Shown here in pieces: positions 35,691 to 47,010 of a DNA stretch of 64,000 nt. Numbering within the stretch: position 1 is the first letter of the stretch; the number at the start of each line of letters is the position of its first letter. A program made the translations under genes and the position numbers. This stretch comes from Eukaryota sp. GEM-RC1. Its lineage: Eukaryota. The stretch is from positions 2,046,001 to 2,110,000 of the forward strand of contig JAUFOQ010000016.1 in the NCBI GenBank assembly GCA_040285855.1. The letters are read 5' to 3'. Under the pieces are notes generated by a model. It searched no databases, was not told where the DNA came from, and saw nothing but the letters and a program-made list of their open reading frames with translations.

Positions 35691-36069
35691 AGGCTAACTG
35701 TTTAAATGTGTTATTGATTTGTTGATTGATATATCAGTTAAATGATACAGAACCATTGTTAATGACAACTAAACAGCAGCAGTACTTTTGAGAAGGATCT
35801 TACTAAATTCTAAGTAAACTACTAGTAAGTCATTGAAAGAAGAGCTCTGATGTACCTCAGGTTCTTCAATGTCTGAGAACACAGTTACATCCATTTTAAA
35901 TGGAGGTAAAATATGTAAACTTAAATATACACGACGACAATTACTTAAGATACTGAATCGACTATCAGTGCCAGCCAAGCAAAACAGTAGGCCTTTTATT
36001 AGACACATATTAACTAAATTCTCCAATTGAAGTTGAACTCGAACGTACTAGTAGATAAAGATTAGTGGC

Positions 36070-36740
36070 CCTAAACTGTTCAGTAATTTCAATTTAGCAC
36101 TATTTTTGCATTTTCAATTTTTCACCAATCAACAAGGGGTTTTGAGCATTAGATTTAGCAAGTTTCTTGTTGGAATCATTACAAACAGCGATAGACATAA
36201 CATCAGCAATAACGAAAGATCCATCGAGACCAGGAAATATGACATCACCCCGGCTATTTCCAAACGATTTGTCAACATCTGAATCATCAAACAAATTAGC
36301 CAGAACTGGTTCTAAAAAGGAAACTATTCCATAAGATTTACACATACAATACAATTGATCCCTTACTGAATCAGGAACCTTACTTCTAAAAAGAAATAAA
36401 ACGGTTACAATTCAATAAATGTGTAGGTGTTACAGATTGCCCACATTGGCATTTCAAATTATGTGGAAGGTTATCAGGCCAAATATATGACCGTAAACGC
36501 ATGTTTGATGACCAAGAGTTATCATCAAGAAGAAGACTGTAAACTTGAGGGATTTGAGTAATCAGACATGAAGAAGAGCTATTAGAAACATCCGTTAAGA
36601 AATTTGCAAAAGCGGGATTCTTTTCCTTGGCCATGCCAAGTCGAACATTATAATCCAAGCTTTCAAAAATATTTGTGAGTTTCTGTTGTAATTTTTTCAG
36701 ACAGAACTGAAGATTAGTCAAACGTCTTTCAGGTAATGAC
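36070..36740 (-). mobile_element. CRE-like fragment (family D), zinc knuckle + RLE
   Basis: NMRLR...CQCG...HLLNC...LEPVL...SRGDVIF...ADVM. Confidence 0.85.
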
Positions 36741-37059
36741 GTTCTGGATCCCCAAATTCAGTGTTCGATTTTTGATTAGCTATGTTTTCGATGAACCTGA
36801 AATATTCGGCTTGAGGCGGCTAAAAATAGTGTAGCCGGCTGGCTTGAAGCTGAAATACTTGTATTCTGGACCACTCGGCTGGCTCGGCTAGCAGCCTCCC
36901 ATCTGTAATCAGTATCATTGATGGTTTGACTTTCCTTAAGGGCAGAAACTACAGTTGAGTTTGGAATTCTGTCGACCTAGAGCCTAGATTAGCCATAGAA
37001 GAAGTGTCTCGAGAAAGTTTGGGATTCCAATCTGACATAATATAAAATACATTGTAATA

Positions 37060-37438
37060 GAGAGTTTATTTGCAACAATAAATTAATACATACTAATTCA
37101 GAAAATGAAAGAAGTTAAATTCTCCACATCAACACGAGAATTGTCACTATACAACTTCGAATAAATGGAACATAAATACTTGGGAATGCTTCTATAAAGA
37201 GCGAACATAATTCGATTAATCCATACAGCGCTATTAAACACCTTGCCATTAGAACGACATAAAAGACTAAAATCACTGAAAAACTTTAAACCGGCTGGAC
37301 CAATATTACCAAAAATTGAAATTGCAAATGGAACAAATGAAAACTTAGAATATAGATTTTCGTTAAGCTTCTGCAAAACATCCGCATAATTTGAACACTT
37401 TCGCTGTTCAGCCTTTTCCAGATGACCATTTGAATCAC
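37060..37438 (-). mobile_element. 5'-truncated CRE-like insertion (family B) with a 15-bp TSD
   Basis: AAATACATTGTAATA at 37045-37059 and 37439-37453; almost identical to 49522-49898. Confidence 0.9.
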
Positions 37439-37514
37439 AAATACATTGTAATATAAAAATGATTATTATTATTATATAAATAATATAATATGGCATTGAC
37501 CATGGCAGTGTAGC

Positions 37515-37772
37515 TATTTCAAATTTCAGAAATCAATAGCTCAGAATTCCATGTCTTCTCTTCTCCAGTGACACTGAAATTATCTCTCATTACAACATCC
37601 AAATTACTTTGAGTGTGTTTTTTGTCTATATTAACCAAGTGAAGAAAAAGAAACAGTAATTGAGATCCTAAAAAACTTGAAAAATGATGAAGATACTGAG
37701 ACAAGTGTTTCTAGATTTTAACGACTGGGAGGCAATTATCAAATTGGATCGTGACGAAGCAGCAATACACGA
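37515..37772 (+). pseudogene. degenerate relic of the PABP linker-MLLE segment
   Basis: Aligns with 33435-33625 and 33700-33770 (AGTGACACTGAA, AAAAACTTGAAAAA.GATGA, GACGAAGCAGCAATACACGAA). Confidence 0.65.
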
Positions 37773-39234
37773 ACTTTATTATCAAACTACTAGTATGATT
37801 GAATTACGGAAATGATCTGAAACCAATTGAGTTTTAGAAAGGAATGAAAAATAAAGCAAGATCAAAATAGCAAATTTACAATTAATATCAATACCCATCT
37901 TAAAACTCAAACAGTAGAATCACCATTCTATTTAATTAAACCCAAATAATTCGTGATATCATTTTGCTTTCACACAAGTTGAATTTCGAAAACACACAAA
38001 ATCGACCAAAGTGGACCAACACGCGTAGACTTCTTACCTATAAGAACAATAACAGATGGTTTGAAGCACAATCCCAAAAATACAAACCCATAGTGAAATA
38101 CATATCGATGTGTATTTTGATTGCTTTCTCGTGTCCAGTAATATTGAATTGTCATTATAATTGCCCTTCAATTTGTACCAATAATGTTATTGAATAGCCA
38201 ATTTACCAATGACCTTACGGTCGTCTTTTGTCCGTACAACTATATAAAACAAATTATATCAATATTTGTGAGTTGGACATTGATGACTTTACAAGTATAG
38301 TATCCTGGTTACAAGTACTGTCAACAACAAAATCGAACCAGTACTTAGTACCACATAATATTATACACTCAAGCAATAAACGAAGAAAAAGTGAAGATTA
38401 CTAAAATAGTTTTCACAAAACAGATGCATTCTGTTCAGTATCAACTGGTGTTCGGCGACACACACGTTGTGGCAGAATTGTAGTCCGTGTGCCACACGTG
38501 TCCGTGTGTTACATACCCATCATAAACCGAAATTCTGCATGCCAAGGGAAAATTGAAAAAAATAGAAATGGATGAAGACTCAAAAAGAGCACAGAGAGCC
38601 TGTTATGTTGTCACAGATCGGTAGTAATCACATTGATTACTCTAAACTTTTGACTAATATTCTTTCTGTTTTAAAGGAACAAACAGCAGATTTTAGCACT
38701 GGAGTTATTTGTATACAAGGTAGATTTAATTTCGTTCCTGTTATACTTTCACATTCAAAAGAAGTTGTTAATGAATATTTTAAACCCTACCGTTCTGATG
38801 AGTCTTAAACTCCAGATAATCTCTACTTAGCAGCCACGGGCAGAATTGCGAGGTACAGTGTTGCTGATTACATTCAAAATTTGGAAAACAATATTAAAGA
38901 ACACTGATAGTGGGTGAAGTACGTGATTAAATTCACAATATGCTACTTTCACCGGTACAGTGTAACGAAAAACATTAAAAAGCAACAGAATTTTGTAAAA
39001 TTGAAAGACACTCAAAAAACCGAATTACTTTTATTTTTATACTTCATTCTTTTATTTCAAAAATTCAATGTGTATTCGCTCTTTGTAACCGTAACGTTAT
39101 GATTTATATGGAACATGTTAGAGGAAATGGTAGATGAAATGATAGACCAAAATTTTTGAAGAGATCTTTAATTTTCCCCCTTTCAAGAGATCTAACACAG
39201 CCACTTATATTTTACATTAATAAGATATTAGCTG

Positions 39235-40989
39235 ATGACCACTTCCCGCCCCTCTTTGAAATCCTTGTACGTCGGTGATTTAAATCCTCATACAACTGTG
39301 GAAGATTTGCGGAATGTCTTCTCCCCATTTGGTACCATTCTCTCAGTCAAAATCCCCCCAAGAACCGATGGAAAAGGTCTTGGGTACGCTTATATCAATT
39401 TTGAAACCCATGGCGATGCTTTCAAAGCTAAAGAAAGCTGCAACTACCGCAAGATTAATGGCAAGCCATGTCGAATAATGTTCGCTGACCCCTCTCGCCC
39501 TAACAATTTAGCTACGTTATTCATCAAGGGCCTTCATCCTAACATTGATTGCAAGAGATTGGACGACCTTTTTTCCCCTTTTGGAACAATTATCTCGTGT
39601 AATTTGAAGACAGACGACGAAGGGAAGAGTCAAGGATATGCTTATGTCCAATTTGATACCTATGAAAATGCTGTTAAAGCCGTTGAGGCTATGAACGGTA
39701 AAGAAGTTGGCTCCAGTGAAGAACCAGAAGAGACGTCTACTATATCGGTTTGTCATTTCCAATCATCGACCCAGCGTTCCAGAATGGTTGATTCTATCCG
39801 CACACAAACTACTGTTTTTGTCACAAACCTTCCCATTGAAGTTACGGAAGAAGCATTCTTGGAAATCATGTCTTCATTTGGTGAGGTGAGGTTTCACCGC
39901 CTTACACCAGTTGAAGCCAAAAACAAAAAGGTCGGTTTCGTTGACTTTACCACCATTGAACAAGCTATTAAGGCTGTTAAAGAGCTTAATCAATCTTGTG
40001 CATTTGGAGGGGATCCAATTGAAACCAATTTCTTCCAACCAAAAAAGGTTAGAGCTGCTCTTCTTCATAAAGAGTACATCCGCAGATGTACAGAACTGAA
40101 GGAAGCGTCCAAACACAAGAATCTTTGGGTCGGCTCTCTTCCTCCCAGTACCACAGACGAATCTCTCAACCAAATGTTCTCTCCCTTTGGTAACATCACC
40201 TTCTCAATTGTGATGAAGACTCCCAACGGTGAAAGCAGACAATTTGGATTTGTTTGTTTCGAAAAGCCTGAAGAAGCCAATGCCGCTCTTCGTGAAATGC
40301 ATAGGAAACTATATCCTGAATCCAGGGACCATCTGAAAGTATGCAAGTTTAGAACCAAACATGAACGCACTGAATACAGACGCAAGAAGGAGCTGCTCAA
40401 CCAACAACACGCGTATGGTCATAACATGCGTGTACATCATAGAGCTCTTTACCACCACTCCCATAAACCCACCCTTCCTGGTACCCAGACAGGCAGCCAT
40501 ACTGGTGCTCATACTTATGCACCAGGTGCTAGAAATGTCCCAGTACCCACTGTTAGTAATGGAACAGTCCCCGTTCCTTCATTTGAAAAATTTCCTGCGG
40601 CTGTATCAGTTCCTGCAGCAGTCCCTGTTGTTGGTCACACTGAACCTGAACATGACAAGGAAGCTTTTATTAAGTTGATCACTGAAATGGAGGATGAAGA
40701 GGATGAGATGGAAAAACTGGAATTGGAGAAACATAACAAGACCAATGGTAAGCTCCAAGAACCAGAGAACAGTGAAGAAGAAGGAGAAAAACTTAGTTCT
40801 CATGTGTATTCTCGTGAGTTCATACATTCTCTTCGTGTTGCGGTCTCTCCTCTGCCAAGTGATGTGGATCGTTACATTAAGGGAATTCTTGAATCACACA
40901 AAGCAGCTGCTAGTCGTCCAAGGAATACTGGAAACCGTGGAAGAGATCATGCTCGAGGATCTAGGAACAACAGTAGAGGTAGACGTTGA
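39235..40989 (+). CDS. intact PABP-like protein (RRM1-4) lacking MLLE, with a C-terminal eIF4E-binding-like motif and RG-rich tail
   Basis: 584-aa ATG ORF; SLYVGDL, LGYAYINF, PCRIMF, SQGYAYVQF, FGFVCF; tail VYSREFIHSLR...RGRDHARGSRNNSRGRR. Confidence 0.9.
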   Translation: MTTSRPSLKSLYVGDLNPHTTVEDLRNVFSPFGTILSVKIPPRTDGKGLGYAYINFETHGDAFKAKESCNYRKINGKPCRIMFADPSRPNNLATLFIKGLHPNIDCKRLDDLFSPFGTIISCNLKTDDEGKSQGYAYVQFDTYENAVKAVEAMNGKEVGSSEEPEETSTISVCHFQSSTQRSRMVDSIRTQTTVFVTNLPIEVTEEAFLEIMSSFGEVRFHRLTPVEAKNKKVGFVDFTTIEQAIKAVKELNQSCAFGGDPIETNFFQPKKVRAALLHKEYIRRCTELKEASKHKNLWVGSLPPSTTDESLNQMFSPFGNITFSIVMKTPNGESRQFGFVCFEKPEEANAALREMHRKLYPESRDHLKVCKFRTKHERTEYRRKKELLNQQHAYGHNMRVHHRALYHHSHKPTLPGTQTGSHTGAHTYAPGARNVPVPTVSNGTVPVPSFEKFPAAVSVPAAVPVVGHTEPEHDKEAFIKLITEMEDEEDEMEKLELEKHNKTNGKLQEPENSEEEGEKLSSHVYSREFIHSLRVAVSPLPSDVDRYIKGILESHKAAASRPRNTGNRGRDHARGSRNNSRGRR

Positions 40990-41454
40990 GGGGAATCTCG
41001 TGCCTTTTTTTAACGTTCAATAACCATTTCCGTTATCGCTTTATTTCACTAACAGTTCTTTTTGTACAAATCGTTAGTAATGAAACTATTACATTTCATC
41101 TCATTCATAATAATGGGATTGTTCTTTTCGGCAAAGAACAATTCCAATGACGTTTATCGTGTCAAAACTCTTCTTTGAGAGTCACTGTTGGCTGATTTAA
41201 TTTGAGATTTGTTTTTTCTGGGGTGTTTTGTGTTTCTGTTTTGAGCTCCTATTTGTCACTAAAGTTTGAGTTGTTCATTCTTCAAATAAATCAGTATCGA
41301 GATCCCAATACAAGTCACTTTAAAAACTATACATGTATTGGAACATCAAAGGTGTGTGTATGATTATAACAGTGTACAATTTTCTAGTTCGATTAGTTTG
41401 ATTTATTGGCAATTATCTCAAATTTAATCTATTTTCGTGTTGTGCAGCCCAGCA

Positions 41455-41870
41455 ACCATGCCAAAAACCCTGTTGATTGGTGAAAAATTTGAAATGGAAA
41501 ATTATTTGGCTAAATTGAAACTATTGAATTCGGTTCCACACTCGAATTACTTGTTGTACCCATTTGTCTTTTGACTGTATGGTTCTTACTTTTTAAATGT
41601 AAATATATATAATATCTATATAATTTAAAATTTCATTACTTGAAGTCTTTGTGAAGATTGTAAAAAAAACATCTACAGTAGGGCTTTTGATATTAGATTT
41701 TGGAAAAACCGAATTGTGTTTGCTATCTTGAAGACAATGGTGACAACTGTTTCTGATGCTTTGTTGTCTCTTGGCAGACATTCTGAGGATAAGCTAGGTG
41801 AGAATTTCCAAACAGGCCATTCGCCCTTTGAGTATAACAATTACTAGATGTATATACACTTCGGTGTTGT
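41455..41870 (+). mobile_element. degraded CRE-like 3' fragment (family D)
   Basis: Reverse-complement similarity to 11575-11940. Confidence 0.7.
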
Positions 41871-42436
41871 TGTTAGTATTTGACTTTGAACTGTATTCCA
41901 GTCACAAATAATTTGTCGTAAAAAGTACTTGTATTTTTCCATTAATCTTACGGTACTTCTTTTCAGTTTATCCATTCTTGTGAATATGGTATTGCAATTG
42001 TTGCTGAAAACTTCTTTGCTGGTCGTGATCTAGATCTAATAAACATTTTCAACCATAGGTTTTTGACTAATGAAATAGTTTTTATCATTATACAACATTT
42101 CATGTATGTTTATACAGTATTATTGTACTTGAGAAACAGCAAGTGAAATACCAATCTAGATGGTGTTTGTAAATCAATTTTCAAGGGCATACTACTGTTA
42201 TACATACACACTTAATTGCTGCTTGTATGATTGCTCGGTCCTGTATTGATTTCTTACAGGATTCTTAATGTTAAAAAGAGTAAACATCATTTAATAAGAA
42301 CAACTTATCAAACACAATTAAAAACCAAGCTAACTATAATACAATAAAAGATTAAAACACCAAATTAACACGAATAAAGAACAAAAACTCTCATAAACAA
42401 AAACAATCTTCTTGAAAGAAAGTCTAAAAACCATGA

Positions 42437-43669
42437 CTACGATGGCAATAAGTTTAACAAACACTTAAAAGCAGCATAAAATTCATTGCAATCAGATTCA
42501 GTATAAAATGACACATTTAACGAAAAACTCTGATCCCCTTCCTTAATCATGACCCCCATCACGTCATCATCTAGTTTCTTGATCTTGACAATTCTACACA
42601 CAGATATTCGATCACATTTAGACTGCAGATCTACAGAGGACAACCTAACAGGATCAACAGGGAAATAGACCAAATAGATGAGAGCTATATTGACTTCATC
42701 AGACTCATTGTCATCTGGAAGTCCATCTACAGAAATTATTGAATCCTTAAACACAGTTTTAGTCTTAGGTTTAGAAATACAACACTGATAATGCTTGGTA
42801 AGAGTTTCAACCTGCTCTTCATCAAGAAAACTTTCTCCTTCAGACTCAAAATCCACCAAGTCTAGGATCTCTGGAGAAGGTGGGGATGACTGTTTCCTTA
42901 AAGGAAGTTCTGGAGATGTATTGTCTAATGAAGATCTCTTTGGGGAGATGATAGGTGACCGGAACAGGGCAGGGTTGAAAGAAGAAGGTGAGTAGCGAAG
43001 GTAAATGAGATAAAGTTGGAGCATGACAAAGTCTGTATCAGGGAAGGAGAGCCACTCCTTGGGAGTTAAGTAGAGAGGGACAAGATCTTTTGATAGGAGA
43101 GTTAGGCAATGTGAGATTTGTTCCAGATCTTTAGATGCATTGTTTAAACGAGGATGTAGATAGGATTTGCTTGGTTGCTCCTGTGAATGCTGGTCTAGAA
43201 CAGCAAGTATAAAAGGAAAAGGATATATCAGTAGTTCATCTGAAGAAAAGTCAAAGCTATATTCCTTAGCACAAGACTTAAAGAAAAGAGCTACGTTGTT
43301 GAATTTGGATCGTACTTCCGACATGACAAATGCGTCAAAGATTTCTGAGAGGAGAGTAATGCTACGGCTTGTTCCAGAATAGATTTCATCAGCCGAAGGT
43401 ATTTTAGAAGCAGGAACTTTGCGATAGATGACTTCAAATGCTTTTTCAATGTTAATTATACAAGGACGTTTAGTAAGTGGTCTGTCGTAAATCCCTATGA
43501 ATTCGTGTTCAGGGACTAGACGTTCAATGATCTTCACAAGGAGTAAACCATTACTGACAGCAACACAGACATCAGAGTCTCCAAGGGGTGGGCCTAATAA
43601 GAGGCTATCAATCCAACGGTTGATAAGTCTGGTTCTGGAGTTGCGTTTGGCTTTTGGACTTTCTGACAT
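42437..43669 (-). CDS. calponin-homology-domain protein, possibly with a PH-like C-terminus
   Basis: LINRWI...VSNGLLLVKIIERL...CIINIEKAFEVI...SADEIYSG; likely ATG at 43669. Confidence 0.75.
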   Translation of the reverse strand: MSESPKAKRNSRTRLINRWIDSLLLGPPLGDSDVCVAVSNGLLLVKIIERLVPEHEFIGIYDRPLTKRPCIINIEKAFEVIYRKVPASKIPSADEIYSGTSRSITLLSEIFDAFVMSEVRSKFNNVALFFKSCAKEYSFDFSSDELLIYPFPFILAVLDQHSQEQPSKSYLHPRLNNASKDLEQISHCLTLLSKDLVPLYLTPKEWLSFPDTDFVMLQLYLIYLRYSPSSFNPALFRSPIISPKRSSLDNTSPELPLRKQSSPPSPEILDLVDFESEGESFLDEEQVETLTKHYQCCISKPKTKTVFKDSIISVDGLPDDNESDEVNIALIYLVYFPVDPVRLSSVDLQSKCDRISVCRIVKIKKLDDDVMGVMIKEGDQSFSLNVSFYTESDCNEFYAAFKCLLNLLPS

Positions 43670-44129
43670 CAGCTTGGTGTCAAGATAAGCAGAAGGTAAA
43701 TAGTGTTTGACTAGAGGTGTTGAATAATTCAACAATTCAGCCTTGCCATTGTTTGAACCAGCACTAAACCGAGGGAAGACGCTACTACTTGTACATGTAC
43801 TGTAGTATTAATGATGTAGTGATGTACAATTTGTTTGACACTATTGTACTCTCCTTGAAGTAATAACGTGAACTGTCTGTACCTGAATCACTAGGATGTT
43901 ACCACTAAGCTAATAGCGCTATTAGCTCAGTGGGAACAACGAATCCAATTTTATCAAAAATCATCCAATGTTTAGCTCCATTTACAGTATGCCATAATGT
44001 TCACGATTGCTGAGTTGAAATGGGACTGAATAGTACACTTTATACAGGCTAGGGGGATAAACCCAACTAAACAAGCATCACTTACAGAAGCAAGTAAATT
44101 CAAAGAGTAATGTGCTCAACGAGCATATA

Positions 44130-45240
44130 GCTGTTTTGAATCACATTTCAGAAAATGAATTTTCAGATCAAAATAGAGTAGTCCATCCAGGTGGCTTAAA
44201 TCCAGTCAATCAAAAATATATTTTTCAACAGTCTATTTTCGAAACAATGACATTAGAATCTTGTTATAATCCGTTAACATCTGCTAAAATACTCAAGCAA
44301 TACAAGTATGACTTTCAAGTGGAAGATTTACAACGAAAATCATATTCCAAATTTGTGTTCCAACCACACTTCTGCATCACATTGTGATTGTAGTATATGT
44401 GAAATCATCTATATAATATATGTGGATGATAAATCTAGATGAGTTTTAGATGTTCCTTAAATTGGTGTTATCTGTTTTTCGACAACGTCATCACTTAAAT
44501 ATGTATTCGATGACTAGTGATGTGGTTGTGATTGTGATTGTGATCACACTGACAAAATTAGTGTGATCCACAAGTATGGTCACAACCTTTTGATGTTTCT
44601 CTTTTGAGTCGATTAGTTCTGCAGGTGACCAATTTTTCAAAGATTTGAAGAACTGTGTTAAGTAGAGAAGCGTACATATAAGTATAGAATGTCTGAATGG
44701 AAAAACTGACTCCAGGGATACCAAAAAATATATTGTATTGCAATATACTGTATATTTATTGCTCAAGGTTCTTTGTATCAACATAATATTTGCAAATACA
44801 AGAATATTCAAAAGTATTTTAATATGTGTATTATAATACTCATGTCATTCATTTTGAAATAACTCTGACAATTGATATCGACTTTTTATTCAATAAAAAA
44901 CCGCCTTCAGTTGTTCTAAGGATGTGGAATTGTTTCACATAGAAAACTACCAATAAATGATGAATTTGGGCACAATTTTGAGTGTTTTAGTTATGCGAAA
45001 TAATGCAATATTTTGCAATAATCATGACAAGTTTCTGAATCCGCAATAAAGTTGTTGCGATAAAAATTTTGCACAAAATAATTGCAATATATGTTTCGGT
45101 ATCACTGAGAAATTGTACAAGTTTGGTGTGAATGTTAATATTGAAAAACGTAATCTTTTACCGGATAGGGATGAGGTCGTCTGAATTTAGCCTTAGTACT
45201 ATTTGTTTGTTTTTCAAATTCATCTTTGTGTAGGACGGTT
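44130..45240 (+). mobile_element. fragmented CRE-like copy (family A) interrupted by insertions
   Basis: 44130-44370, 44600-44710 and 45108-45240 match successive parts of 50100-50655. Confidence 0.7.
44713..45107. mobile_element. MITE of the CAGGGATACC family
   Basis: CAGGGATACCAAAAAATATATTG ... CAATATATGTTTCGGTATCACTG; TSD lost together with adjacent host sequence. Confidence 0.75.
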
Positions 45241-45312
45241 CAGATTTTGGATACCGAAGTTGTTCAGTTCATGTTTAAAAACAAACTTTATTTGAACAAA
45301 GCATTGTCATAT

Positions 45313-46004
45313 TTACATATCAACATATACATCACATAATTTGTCGGGATTAAAGAGATCATTATCTGATACTTTCATTTGATTGTAATAAAACTCTCTT
45401 AGAACTTCACCCTCAAGAGTTCCCCACATGTGAAGAAATCTATTAGAAGTGCACCATTCAGATGGCACTTCGACTTCTCCGCCAGATTCAGTAAGCATGG
45501 TTGCATTGCCTCTAAAAAGTTGACACTTAACACTTCCGATTGTTGTTTCACCAGTTTTCACGGCATGGTCAGGAATGTTGTAAGCTTTCAATTGAAGTTC
45601 ACGATTTCGAAGATCCGGTCTATCTCTTGTACATGGTCCTTCAGCGGGTTTGATGTATCTGTAACCTTCATTAAGATCAATAATCAGTTCAAATGGTTGG
45701 GGATAGTTGGGATACACATTGTATGTGTCCCTAGTGTAAAGCATGTTGTTCTTGATGTCAAGACCAATGATCAAACCGTCCTGCTGGTACAAGACTTGCT
45801 GGTGGATGTCGCCAAAAAGTTCAATGCTAAAACCACAACAGTGATGATGGCAGCGATAGCCACACCTGCTATCAAGCCTATCTTGATGTACTTTTGTTTT
45901 TGACTTGAGTTTTGGAGGTTGGAGTGGTACGCGATGTCTGACATGTGAGTGTAAATTCTGGCAGATTCTTTTTGACTTAACGAATCTAATTCAGCCCTTC
46001 TCAT
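45313..46004 (-). CDS. type II membrane protein with an ependymin-related (LolA-fold-like) ectodomain; missing base at 45814-45818
   Basis: TM IGLIAGVAIAAIITVVVLAL joined to ...GPC...IPDHAVKTGETTIG..C...LFNPDKLC, which resembles the EPDR pattern. Confidence 0.5.
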
Positions 46005-47010
46005 GTGCTTCTGGAACAACAAGGTTCCGTATTGACATTACCAATTCCAATTCTATGAGAGAGAATCCCAATGTCATCTCCCAAGACAAAGATATTACTA
46101 GTACATGTATTTAATGAAGCCTGAATGATTAATATGCTTCTTTGATTGGCTTCCTTGCTATTGTTTGAAAGTACTCAACCAGCTCATATGGAGCCAAATC
46201 ATTATTTAAAGGTTATTCACTTATTAAAATGTCGTTTCATTGTAATGTTCATGATGTTGGCTATTTCCTGTTTAAAGCGTGTGGTTTTCGTAATTAAATG
46301 AATAATCATATTCCAAATTTGTGTTTCCTCTTTTGATGTTTCCTTTTTCGAATCAATTAGTTCTCCAAACCTACCATTTTCCAGGATTGTGAAACGGAGA
46401 GTAAGAGGAACCTAATTTTAGAGTGTCTGGAAGGAAAAATCATATAGTGTTGTCTATTTATCCATACATAACATTTAAAATTTGTTATTTCCTTCCAGAT
46501 AGAGATTAGAAGTTGGTTGGATATACTTTAGTTCCTCTAATTGTTTTTTAAGAACTCATGTGTTTAATAAAAAGCCTTTTGAGGTCAAATTCTATTCGAC
46601 ACTGTTTAATACTGGACACCACACAACCGGAATTGCACATATCGTTGAATTTGAATTTGTTACACTACCAGCAGGTGCAATGACGCCGGTGTGGCTAATT
46701 GATCACAGACATTGAGATACACTATTAGGCCTATTCCGTTCAGATATCTTATCTACTTTTCCTATTTTAGTTCCATCAAAGCTCCTTATTTTATTTTTGA
46801 ACATGAATTGAGATCAGACTCCTAATACTACCAAGTCATATACGTGGAATCGCAGACGTATTTCGTGAAACTAAGAAGGAGAATGGGGTATCAATAAAAA
46901 CTGTCAGTATGTTCATTGGAATTCCTCCGTGGTTAAACCGACTTCCTAAAAGTTGAAGTAGAGTTACATGTATGATATGCACTCTGAGGATACTAGCGTT
47001 TAGTTCCTAG

